Source: Desulfitobacterium sp.
GTDB taxonomy: Bacteria > Bacillota > Desulfitobacteriia > Desulfitobacteriales > Desulfitobacteriaceae
NCBI GenBank assembly: GCA_050251735.1
Contig: JBFWMF010000016.1
Location: 14,054-78,053, forward strand
Length of the DNA stretch: 64,000 nucleotides
Direction of reading: 5' to 3'
Shown here piece by piece: positions 56,144 to 64,000 of the stretch. The notes under the pieces are model-generated. The model did not search any database. It was not told where the DNA came from and worked only from the letters and a program-made list of their open reading frames with translations. How positions within the stretch are numbered: position 1 is the first letter of the stretch; each line of letters starts with the position of its first letter. Position numbers and translations under genes: made by a program.

Positions 56144-56198
56144 AACACAATGGAATTAGGGTTATGGCCATAGGCTATAGCCCTAGCTCCATTGTGTT
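56144..56198. terminator. Long imperfect palindrome between convergent genes (bidirectional terminator candidate)
   Basis: AACACAATGGA...TCCATTGTGTT outer arms with inner TAGGG/CCCTA pairing. Confidence 0.5.
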
Positions 56199-56252
56199 TG
56201 CTATGTTGAAGAGATTTTGATAGGTTTGTCCTGTTTGTCATGCCGAACCTCC

Positions 56253-56639
56253 TTATTGGCTTCTTAAATTTACTAAATCTCGAGGATTACCAATCGTGAG
56301 AATTGTGCCGATGGAAATAAGGACAACTCCGATGATGAGGTTGGGTGTTATTTGCAGATTATTTAATAACCACCCGAAAAATACTGCCCAGGAGGCATAA
56401 GTCACATTTAGCCCCATAGCTCTACTAACTCCAGTCATATTCATCGCTCGATACCAGGTTAAAACGCAAGTCCCGCCAAAAAAGGCAATAAGCGCAATAT
56501 ACCATCCGGAGGGTGAGAGGAGACTATCAAAAAGAATTTCATAGGCGATTCCGCCTGTCAACATTCGGTAGTCGACTGTAAAATACCTATAAGATATGCC
56601 CCCTATAAGTATTCGATTCACCAACATTAAGCGAGACAT
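56253..56639 (-). CDS. Small DMT/EamA-domain membrane protein (possibly truncated half-transporter)
   Basis: 128 aa with about 4 TM helices and an EamA-like C-terminal pattern. No partner half is present upstream. Confidence 0.4.
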   Translation of the reverse strand: MSRLMLVNRILIGGISYRYFTVDYRMLTGGIAYEILFDSLLSPSGWYIALIAFFGGTCVLTWYRAMNMTGVSRAMGLNVTYASWAVFFGWLLNNLQITPNLIIGVVLISIGTILTIGNPRDLVNLRSQ

Positions 56640-56796
56640 TGGTACCAGGGTGATTCTGCTTGAAGTAGTAAAATTCTGAGTATGATAGACATGGATTCAC
56701 TACGAATTTTAGCTAAATTATACCAATTTGTATAATTAAAGACTGAAGATGGGGGATGAACAAATATATATGATAATTTCAATGTGCTGGTTATAG

Positions 56797-56845
56797 GGGG
56801 CATAATCATTAAGTATTTTACAGAAAAAATAGGATTGCTTATAAT
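56797..56845 (+). promoter_or_regulatory. Promoter/operator copy A: GGGGCATAATCA-NN-AAGTATTTTACAG...TATAAT
   Basis: TTTACA at 56817-56822, 17 nt, TATAAT at 56840-56845. About 80 nt resembles copy B at 60039-60087. Confidence 0.55.
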
Positions 56846-57072
56846 ATGGCATGTATAAGAAATCACAAGAACAATCTAGATGCACTCAAACCCTTGCTTC
56901 TCATAGCTAAGACCGAAATATGAATTTCGGGCATAATTTTTGCTATAAGTTATGTGTGAGGAAAATTGTCTTGGTTAGGTATTTAAAAGGAGGTGAAAAG
57001 AGTAACAAGAAATTAATGACCAAGAGAACTTGCATTCATACATAAAACTATAGATAGACACAAGAAATACAT

Positions 57073-58755
57073 GTGCTGACTGACTTATCTTCTTTAATCT
57101 GGTTCTCAGAATTAATTTACAAGAAAAGGGTGAGAAACTTGGGTAAATCTAAAAGTTTATATGCTCGTATTAATCCTGTTGTATTCTGGGGCAGTGCTGT
57201 TTTTTGTTTTCTTATATATGCTCCAATGCTTATCTTCGGTACGGAATTGCAGCCCTATGTTTCAACGTTATTAAAAGCTATAACCTATAATATTGACTGG
57301 TTATGGTTAATATTTGCTTTGGGTTGTGTCATATTTTCGCTTTGGTGAGCTTTTGGAAGATACGGCAATGTAAAATTAGGCGGAACGGATGATAAACCCG
57401 AGTTTTCTGATTTCAGCTGGATCTCGATGATGTTCACAGGCGGTGTTGGTGCAGGTTTAGTTTATTGGTCCATGGCTGAGCCAATTTTTTATCTTAAGTG
57501 GCCTCCTTTCTGGAATGAAGCTTTTTCAGGACAAGCTGCGCAATTCTCTATTGCTTATGGTATATTTCATTGGGGTGTTTCGGCCTGGGCTATATTTGTT
57601 CCAGGGGCAATAGCCTTTGCCTATATGATTTATGTAAGAAAAAAACCATACTTCTATCCAAGTTATGCTTGCAGGGGAATATTGGGAGACAGAGTTGACG
57701 GATGGCTTGGCAGAGCAATCGATATATTTGTCATTATAGGTCTGGTCGGTGGATTGGGAACAACTTTAGGAACGGTTGTACCAATGATGGCAGCGGTAAC
57801 CGCCAATATGCTGGGTATTGAGGATTCTATGATGGTAAAAATTGCAGTTACACTGGTAATTGCGGCAGTATTTACCTATAGTGCCTTTTCGGGTTTAAAT
57901 AGCGGAATTAAAAAATTATCGGAATTAAATAGCTGGTTATGCATGGGCTTATTAGCTTTTGTTATACTTGCAGGTCCCACCATATTTATGCTATCCTTTT
58001 ATGTTGATAGTCTAGGGGTTTTCTTTACGAATTTCTTGCGGATGAGTTTATATACTGATCCAATAACCAAATCTGGATTCCCTCAAGACTGGACAGTGTT
58101 TTATTGGGCCTGGTGGGCAGCATGGGCAATGTATTTCGGATTATTTGTTGCCAGGATTTCTAAGGGACGAACGATTAAAAATGTTGTTTTAAATATGATG
58201 GTTGTAACTACAATCGGATGTTCACTGTTTTTCTTAGTGTTCGGCACCTATGCAGTAAATCTTCAGCTTAATCAAGGGATAGCACTGGATGTAACGTTGG
58301 CTGAGGCTGGTGCCGGTGCAATGATTACCCAGGTGTTAAATACCTTACCATTCACTGGAATCGTGATTCCCTATTTCTTATTTGTAATGCTAATTTTCCA
58401 AGCGACTACCATCGATTCCAATGCGTTTATTATTTCCATGATTGCTTGCAAAGAAGTTAAGAATGATCAACAATCTCCTCGTTGGTCAAGACTTTTCTGG
58501 TGTGCGCTTCTTGCTGTGATTGGGGTGGCCATCATGACGGTAGGTGGATTACCCGTAGTTCAGCTTTCATCGGTTGCTACTGGCGTACCCATTATCTTTA
58601 TTATCATCATCTTAGCGCTGTCCCTGCGCAAGTGGCTCGAGGAGGATTTCGGCGGGGAAGATAAAGTTCAAATTATCGATTATCCGGAAGAAGTATCAGG
58701 AGATAAGATTTCAGTTACCGATTATCAGAAAGAAACGATAAAGCCAAGCGTATAA
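57073..58755 (+). pseudogene. BCCT-family (betaine/carnitine/choline) transporter interrupted by one in-frame TGA
   Basis: ORFs 57073-57348 and 57427-58755 are in the same frame. Translation across TGA 57346-57348 is continuous: ...VIFSLW-stop-AFGRYGNVKLGGTDDKPEF...MMFTGGVGAGLVYW. Likely start is TTG 57139. Confidence 0.8.
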
Positions 58756-58839
58756 TTTTCAAAAGTTGCTTGTGAATGTGAAGCTGGTAATTGGTATATA
58801 TCTAGGGCTGTCGAAGTAGGGCAGATAGGAAAAGTATAA

Positions 58840-58876
58840 AAGAAGGCTACTGGCAGATGCCAGTAGCCTTCTTTTG
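58840..58876. terminator. Intrinsic terminator after the BCCT gene
   Basis: AAGAAGGCTACTGGC-agat-GCCAGTAGCCTTCTT followed by TTG. Confidence 0.75.
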
Positions 58877-58953
58877 CTACAAAGTAAAAATCAGGGATAT
58901 GATATAATATGACCCTATAGGTATTCGCTTGATAATCAGGTTTAAAAAAGGCC

Positions 58954-58985
58954 CATAAAAAAACGAGATAACTACAGTTATCTCG
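58954..58985 (-). terminator. Intrinsic terminator of the LysR gene
   Basis: CGAGATAACT/AGTTATCTCG hairpin, followed on the minus strand by TTTTTTT. Confidence 0.7.
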
Positions 58986-58995
58986 GTAAAAACAC

Positions 58996-59919
58996 TTATA
59001 TGTCTTCAGTTGTTCTTCTGCAACATGTTTCTTTGATTATCTTGATAAATTCCTTTTCAACCATAGTTAGGTGATGACGATTTAACCAAACTAAGATGAT
59101 TGAAACTTCCAACTGAGCATCTATTAAGGAGATCTTTTTGATATTGCTAGTCTTGATAAACTCATCCGCCATAAATTTAGGGACAAAAGTAATGATATCA
59201 CCTTGATTCAGGATATTCTCCATCATTTCTAAGTTATCAACTCGATACGAAACGTTAATATTCCCATATTTTTGTAAAAGACAAGATATGCCACAATCCC
59301 TGGTGTATTCAGTGTTGTATAAAAGTATAGGCATGCTCAGCGCTTTTTCTAAGGTTATTGAGGAAGACTCCCCAGCAATATTGCGGTTGCTTCCGGTAAT
59401 GATGACAAATTCATCGGAAAATAGTTCCTTATAGTCAATGTCCTTTGATTTTTGAAAGGCATCCGTGTTTAGAATAATGCCGAAATCGGCTTTGCCAGTT
59501 TCAACATCCTGCAATATATTATTGGACTCCCCTACTTTTAGTAGGGCATTAACTTTAGGATGATTATGCTTGAAGCTTGTTAATATTTTAGGCATAATGG
59601 CTAAGTTCACACTGAAATCCACTGCAATAGAAATATTTCCATTAAGCTGAATCGAGTTACCATGGGCAATCGCAGTAATTTCGTCTATGCCATTGAGAAT
59701 TTCTTTAGCTTTTGCGGTAATGAGTTCTCCAATTTCAGTTAGATGGGTGCCAGAGTTTGTCCTTTTTAAAAGTACCACATTTAGTTCATCTTCGAGTTTT
59801 TTTAACGCAGAGCTAAAAGCCGGTTGCGAAATATGAGAACGCTCAGCTGCCAGTGAAATAGACTTAGATTCATTGATTGCGACTAAATAGGCTAACTGTT
59901 CAAGACGCATTAATATCAA
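58996..59919 (-). CDS. LysR-family transcriptional regulator
   Basis: N-terminal wHTH MRLEQLAYLVAINESKSISLAAERSHISQPAFSSALKKLE and a C-terminal substrate-binding domain. Start is TTG 59919 or ATG 59910. Confidence 0.9.
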   Translation of the reverse strand: MILMRLEQLAYLVAINESKSISLAAERSHISQPAFSSALKKLEDELNVVLLKRTNSGTHLTEIGELITAKAKEILNGIDEITAIAHGNSIQLNGNISIAVDFSVNLAIMPKILTSFKHNHPKVNALLKVGESNNILQDVETGKADFGIILNTDAFQKSKDIDYKELFSDEFVIITGSNRNIAGESSSITLEKALSMPILLYNTEYTRDCGISCLLQKYGNINVSYRVDNLEMMENILNQGDIITFVPKFMADEFIKTSNIKKISLIDAQLEVSIILVWLNRHHLTMVEKEFIKIIKETCCRRTTEDI

Positions 59920-60038
59920 CCATCCTCGATTTTATTCCCGAAATAGTATTGAAGAATAACTTCACAAACATATTATACTTTTTAATGAATTGAATAACAA
60001 CTAACTGCTTCATAACCCTTGATTTTTTTTAGCTATAC

Positions 60039-60087
60039 GGGGCATAATCAGCAAGTATTTTACAGGCAAAACTATATTGCATATAAT
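60039..60087 (+). promoter_or_regulatory. Promoter/operator copy B: GGGGCATAATCA-NN-AAGTATTTTACAG...TATAAT
   Basis: TTTACA at 60059-60064, 17 nt, TATAAT at 60082-60087. It lies in the divergent LysR/phosphodiesterase intergenic region. Confidence 0.55.
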
Positions 60088-60170
60088 GCACTTGTAAGCA
60101 CAAGGTCAAAAAATGTTCCACCCTTAAAAAGTGGATGATTTTGATAATCTAAATAAACACGGAAGAGGAG

Positions 60171-62228
60171 ATGAGTGTTTTGAAGAGAACAGCACTGACT
60201 AACAAGTTAGTTGTATTAGGTGTTGATGGAATGGATCCGAGAATTAGCAAAAAGTTCTTGGCTGAAGGAAAAATGCCTAATCTACAAAAATTCATTGAAC
60301 GCGGTTCAGCTAGGGATGATTTGCATCTACTCGGAGCTATCCCGACCATTACTCCACCTTGTTGGACGACCCTAGCAACAGGCGCGTATCCGGGAACCCA
60401 TGGTATCACTTGCTATTGGAGACAATCCCCAGAAAGTCTCGATGCAGTGGTTTATAATATGGATTCTCGTAATTGTACCGCAGAACAAATTTGGAATATT
60501 ACCTCTGAGGCTGGTCTCAAGACTCTCGTATGGCACTGGCCTGGGAGTTCTTGGCCTCCGACCTCACATAGTGAGAATCTTAGCGTAGTCGATGGTACAC
60601 AACCAGGTTCTGTGAATATGGGTGTAGCGCAACTTGACTGGGAAAAAATTATCGTGGCATCCCCTGAGATTAAGGAAGTCCGCTATGCACCCCGTGTCGA
60701 TAAACCCGCAGGGGTAGGTTGCATCATCACCGATCTGGAAGACGCTTTAGACGATGATGTAGATGATGAGATGATGGAACTTTGGTGGGGCGATACAGCT
60801 CGCCTAGGTGGCGAAATTCGGACTTACGTCATGGATGATGAGGATACGGAAGTTGTTATTGGGAGTAAGGTTGCCTATGATATTGTGAACTCTCCTCTTG
60901 TAGAAGCAAAAGGTTGGGCAAATGCTCCAGAGGGCGCTAAAGAATTCACAATCTTAACTTCTGGCGGTGTTATGAGACGCCCTGCCTTGATTCTCAAAAA
61001 TGAAGCGGGCGAATATGATCGGGTGGCTATCTATAAGAATAAAAAAGCAGAATCGCCACTTACTATCTTGGAAAAAAATAAAATGATTACTGGTATCATT
61101 GATGATGTCACAAAGAAAGAAGTAACGAAACCTGCCTGCCGTTCGATGAAGATCCTAGAACTTGATCCAGCCGGCAACAAGGTAAGGCTTTGGATTAGTA
61201 ACGCTCTTGATATCGAGAATAACCAATTGTGGCATCAAAAATCACTCTATAAAGACATTGTGGAAAACGTTGGAAACGTTCCGCCGGTCAGCTTAATTGG
61301 CGGGGAAGATGCAGAATTAGTTGGTGAAATCTTCGAGCCTTCTTGGGACCTTTACAACCAATGGCAAGCTGATTGTTTGAATTACTGCATTAAGGAACAA
61401 GGCTATGAAGTCGTTTTCTCACATCTCCACAATATCGATTGCGCCGGTCATCAACTATGGCACCTTGGCAAAACATTACAACCTTGGGATTACACAGATG
61501 AAAAAACCTATCAAGGGTTCATTGAGCAGTTCTATATCCAAACCGACAAATATCTTGGCGAATTCCTGCACTTATTAGATGAGGACTTTACAGTCTTAAT
61601 CTTAAGTGACCATGGCCTCATTGTTGGGGAAAACGTACCTCCAATCATCGGAGAATATGGTGGTCTTAATACAAAGGTTATGGAAGAACTGGGTTACACA
61701 GTTATGAAAAAAGATGAAAATGGCAATTCCATTAGAGAAGTTGATTGGGAAAAGACACGCGCCATTCAAATCCGTAGCAACTACATCTACGTTAACCTTA
61801 AAGGACGCGACAAAACAGGCATTGTCGACCTGAAAGATAAGTATGATTTAGAAGAACAGATCATTTCTGATTTATATAACTACAGAGATGATCGGACAGG
61901 TAAACGTGTAATCGGCATCTGCCTCCGTAACAAAGACGCCGTATTAATCGGTGCCAATGGACCAGAATGTGGCGATATTTTCTTCTCAGTTGAAGAAGGC
62001 TACAACAGATTGCACGGAGATAGCATTTCCACCTCAGAAGGATACTTCGAAACTTCTGTTTCTCCAATATTTGTAGCAGCTGGTGCCGGAGTTAAGTCTG
62101 GGTTCACAACCGATCGGACGATTCGTCAAGTTGACGTTGCACCTTCTGTGTCAGTACTGCTTGGCTTAAGGTATCCTGCACAATGCGAAGGGGCACCCAT
62201 TTATCAGATCTTTTCGGAAGAGATTTAA
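60171..62228 (+). CDS. Alkaline-phosphatase-superfamily type I phosphodiesterase/nucleotide pyrophosphatase-like enzyme (cytoplasmic)
   Basis: VVLGVDGMDP...MPNL...TITPPCWTTLATGAYPGTHGI (metal site and nucleophile region), HNIDCAGHQ and LSDHG. No signal peptide. Acidic insert DLEDALDDDVDDEMME. Confidence 0.75.
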   Translation: MSVLKRTALTNKLVVLGVDGMDPRISKKFLAEGKMPNLQKFIERGSARDDLHLLGAIPTITPPCWTTLATGAYPGTHGITCYWRQSPESLDAVVYNMDSRNCTAEQIWNITSEAGLKTLVWHWPGSSWPPTSHSENLSVVDGTQPGSVNMGVAQLDWEKIIVASPEIKEVRYAPRVDKPAGVGCIITDLEDALDDDVDDEMMELWWGDTARLGGEIRTYVMDDEDTEVVIGSKVAYDIVNSPLVEAKGWANAPEGAKEFTILTSGGVMRRPALILKNEAGEYDRVAIYKNKKAESPLTILEKNKMITGIIDDVTKKEVTKPACRSMKILELDPAGNKVRLWISNALDIENNQLWHQKSLYKDIVENVGNVPPVSLIGGEDAELVGEIFEPSWDLYNQWQADCLNYCIKEQGYEVVFSHLHNIDCAGHQLWHLGKTLQPWDYTDEKTYQGFIEQFYIQTDKYLGEFLHLLDEDFTVLILSDHGLIVGENVPPIIGEYGGLNTKVMEELGYTVMKKDENGNSIREVDWEKTRAIQIRSNYIYVNLKGRDKTGIVDLKDKYDLEEQIISDLYNYRDDRTGKRVIGICLRNKDAVLIGANGPECGDIFFSVEEGYNRLHGDSISTSEGYFETSVSPIFVAAGAGVKSGFTTDRTIRQVDVAPSVSVLLGLRYPAQCEGAPIYQIFSEEI

Positions 62229-62353
62229 CTGTAAATGGCTTAACAAATAATAAAGAATTTGGCAAAACGCTTGAAAGAGCGTGACGCAAAGCTATAGGGT
62301 CTAAATTCATTTTATGAACATGACAGCCTGGTTGCTTAAATTAGCTCATTATT

Positions 62354-62389
62354 AAGAAGTAGCCAAATTTTGGCTACTTCTTTCTTTCT
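62354..62389 (+). terminator. Intrinsic terminator after the phosphodiesterase gene
   Basis: AAGAAGTAGCCAAA / TTTGGCTACTTCTT hairpin followed by TCTTTC. Confidence 0.7.
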
Positions 62390-62464
62390 ACCCATCTCAT
62401 TCATCGGTTACGCCGTAAAACTGCTGGAAGTATGACCAGATTCTAATATGGAAGGGGATTTTGG

Positions 62465-64000
62465 ATGAAGTCCAAGAGTATACAAACTCAATTTTTGGCG
62501 ATTTCGGTCTTAATCATTTTAATTGCCTTAGCAACTGTCGGTGGCATCTCAAGTTATAAGATCACTCAGCAAGCTAGAATGGATTATTTTAACAACTCTA
62601 GTGAGCAAATGAAAGTGGCAGAGAATTCGATTGGAATATTTTACGATCAGATTGATAAGAACATCAACATGATGGCTACCAATCCGTTGGTTATGGAAGC
62701 TGCAAACAGCGGTATTAGATCCTATGCTAATACCACTGAAGAGATTCCGATGACCCCCTCCAAGAATGGAGGAGTCGAGCAAGAAATATATGAGATGTTT
62801 GATCACTATGCCTCAAGCCATCCGGGCACAATGTATGTGTATTTTGGCACTGAAAATGGTGAATACCTCCAGTGGCCAGAAACAAATGTGCCAAGCGTAA
62901 ACTTCTTTCCACCTGAGAAAGGCTGGTATACTTCAGGTCAAAGCGGAAATGGCTCCATTGTGAGGACGGCACCCTACATTGATGGTATTTCTAATACTAT
63001 GATTACGAGCAATGTAAGGTCTTTTACGGATAAGAATGGGAAATTGGTTGGTACGATCGGAATCGATGTGGAGCAGTCAGTGATCAGTGATATGTTGAAT
63101 TCCATGAAAACCGGCGAGACTGGTTTTTCGATGATTGTCCACAAGACAGGAATTGTCTTGGCAGACGGGAATAACCCAGAGAATAATTTCAAAAAACTAG
63201 AAGAGATCAACATGATAGGTATAGAGAAGCTAATTTCGGAGGATTTAGTTCCCTTTGAAGTAACCATAGAGGGAGAAAAATACATAGTTAATCCTCATCA
63301 AGTTTTCGGAACCGACTGGATTTTAGCCTCCTTCATATCTGATAATGAGTTAACCGAAGGCGCAAGGAGCATTTCCCTTATCGTTCTGATTGTTTCAGCC
63401 ATCATGCTATTATTAACAATTCTTCTGATCACAATATCGACAAAGAAAATAACAACTCCTATCATTGAATCCACGCAGTATTTGGAGCTTATCGCTGGGG
63501 GGGACTTCTCACAAGAGGTTGACCCCAAATTCCTAGCGAGAAAAGATGAAGTAGGGTCAATCGCGAACGCTATAAATGACATGAAGAACTCAATAAAGAA
63601 ATTGGTTAATAGTATAAAACATGAATCTCTGGAGATTGAGGAAAAAGTAAATGATGTCATGAATAACGTGATTGTTTTAAGCACGAGTCTAGAAGAAATT
63701 TCAGCCACAACCGAAGAGGTAGCTGCTAGTATGGAAGAAACTTCTGCTGCATCTGAAGAAATGTCTTCTACGACTTATGAGATCGAAAAAGCGGTTCAGT
63801 TAATTGCTGAAAAATCTCAACAAGGAGCAGCTTCGGCAAGGGAGATTACCATGAGAGCAGAAGACACAAAGAATAATGTGACTGCTGCCCGCAAGAAAGC
63901 AACTGATTTATTCATGGACACTCAAGAGAAATTAGAACAGGCAATTATTGAATCTAAAGTGGTCAGTCAAATTAATTTATTGTCAGAGGCCATTATGCAG
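62465..64000 (+). CDS. Methyl-accepting chemotaxis protein (Cache-like sensor, HAMP, signalling domain), 3'-truncated by window end
   Basis: Not in the ORF track because no stop lies within the window. ATG 62465 after GGAAGGGG, open for 512 codons. TM1, a periplasmic Cache-like region, TM2, HAMP, then ISATTEEVAASMEETSAASEEM. Confidence 0.85.
   Translation, partial: MKSKSIQTQFLAISVLIILIALATVGGISSYKITQQARMDYFNNSSEQMKVAENSIGIFYDQIDKNINMMATNPLVMEAANSGIRSYANTTEEIPMTPSKNGGVEQEIYEMFDHYASSHPGTMYVYFGTENGEYLQWPETNVPSVNFFPPEKGWYTSGQSGNGSIVRTAPYIDGISNTMITSNVRSFTDKNGKLVGTIGIDVEQSVISDMLNSMKTGETGFSMIVHKTGIVLADGNNPENNFKKLEEINMIGIEKLISEDLVPFEVTIEGEKYIVNPHQVFGTDWILASFISDNELTEGARSISLIVLIVSAIMLLLTILLITISTKKITTPIIESTQYLELIAGGDFSQEVDPKFLARKDEVGSIANAINDMKNSIKKLVNSIKHESLEIEEKVNDVMNNVIVLSTSLEEISATTEEVAASMEETSAASEEMSSTTYEIEKAVQLIAEKSQQGAASAREITMRAEDTKNNVTAARKKATDLFMDTQEKLEQAIIESKVVSQINLLSEAIMQ

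Noticed and set aside
56627-56866. 79-aa minus-strand ORF upstream of the EamA-like gene.
   Set aside because: Low-complexity sequence with no SD. It overlaps the plus-strand promoter/operator copy A and has no recognisable fold.
57346-57348. TGA in the BCCT gene as a selenocysteine codon.
   Set aside because: I see no stem-loop directly downstream resembling a bacterial SECIS. The position is at the end of a transmembrane helix in a transporter family with no known selenoproteins. A nonsense mutation or sequencing error is more parsimonious.
1-64000. Scan for CRISPR arrays, tRNA/rRNA genes and toxin-antitoxin or defence-type gene pairs.
   Set aside because: There are no regularly spaced direct repeats with unique spacers, no cloverleaf-like or rRNA-like segments, and no small gene pairs typical of TA or defence systems. 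All sizeable ORFs are accounted for by metabolism, respiration, the microcompartment or the IS.

Overview
This looks like a Firmicutes chromosome, probably from a Desulfitobacterium/Peptococcaceae-like anaerobe; that assignment is inferred from gene content only. The window falls into five blocks.

- **1-15.2 kb, housekeeping.** ytaF-coaE, a lytic transglycosylase and a TrxR-like flavoprotein. These are followed by convergent thrB-hom and a long ilvE-ilvD-ilvB-ilvN-ilvC-leuC-leuD-leuB operon, which sits behind a promoter plus a leader terminator.
- **15.4-39.3 kb, three tandem paralogous respiratory modules.** Each module encodes a cytoplasmic HisKA_3-type histidine kinase, a NarL/LuxR response regulator, a Tat-exported DMSO-reductase-family molybdoenzyme, a 4x[4Fe-4S] subunit and an NrfD/PsrC-type membrane anchor. 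Module 2 additionally carries a TorD-like chaperone, an RdhC/NosR-like FMN-binding membrane protein and a poly-ferredoxin. Module 3 keeps only a 3' remnant of that ferredoxin.
- **39.5-41.1 kb.** An IS1182-family transposase.
- **41.5-56.1 kb, choline microcompartment.** An 18-gene glycyl-radical (GRM1-type) choline-utilisation bacterial microcompartment operon with cutC and cutD.
- **56.2-64 kb.** A short DMT/EamA-like membrane ORF, a BCCT transporter interrupted by one in-frame TGA, a LysR regulator, a cytoplasmic alkaline-phosphatase-superfamily phosphodiesterase and a partial methyl-accepting chemotaxis protein.

The most unusual observation concerns all three molybdoenzyme ORFs. Each carries a diverged CheY-receiver-like domain of about 145-170 codons, in frame and upstream of the Tat signal. 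A perfect internal SD+ATG sits exactly at the signal peptide.

Other notable points:
- A conserved CC[GT]ACAGA-N19-TAAA[AC]T promoter architecture lies in front of five transcription units.
- Module 1 has a co-degenerate kinase/regulator pair (His->Tyr in the kinase, Asp->Glu in the regulator).
- One microcompartment aldehyde dehydrogenase paralog has its catalytic Cys replaced by Ser.
- A duplicated promoter/operator links the BCCT transporter and the phosphodiesterase to the LysR gene.

No rRNA, tRNA or CRISPR array was seen.
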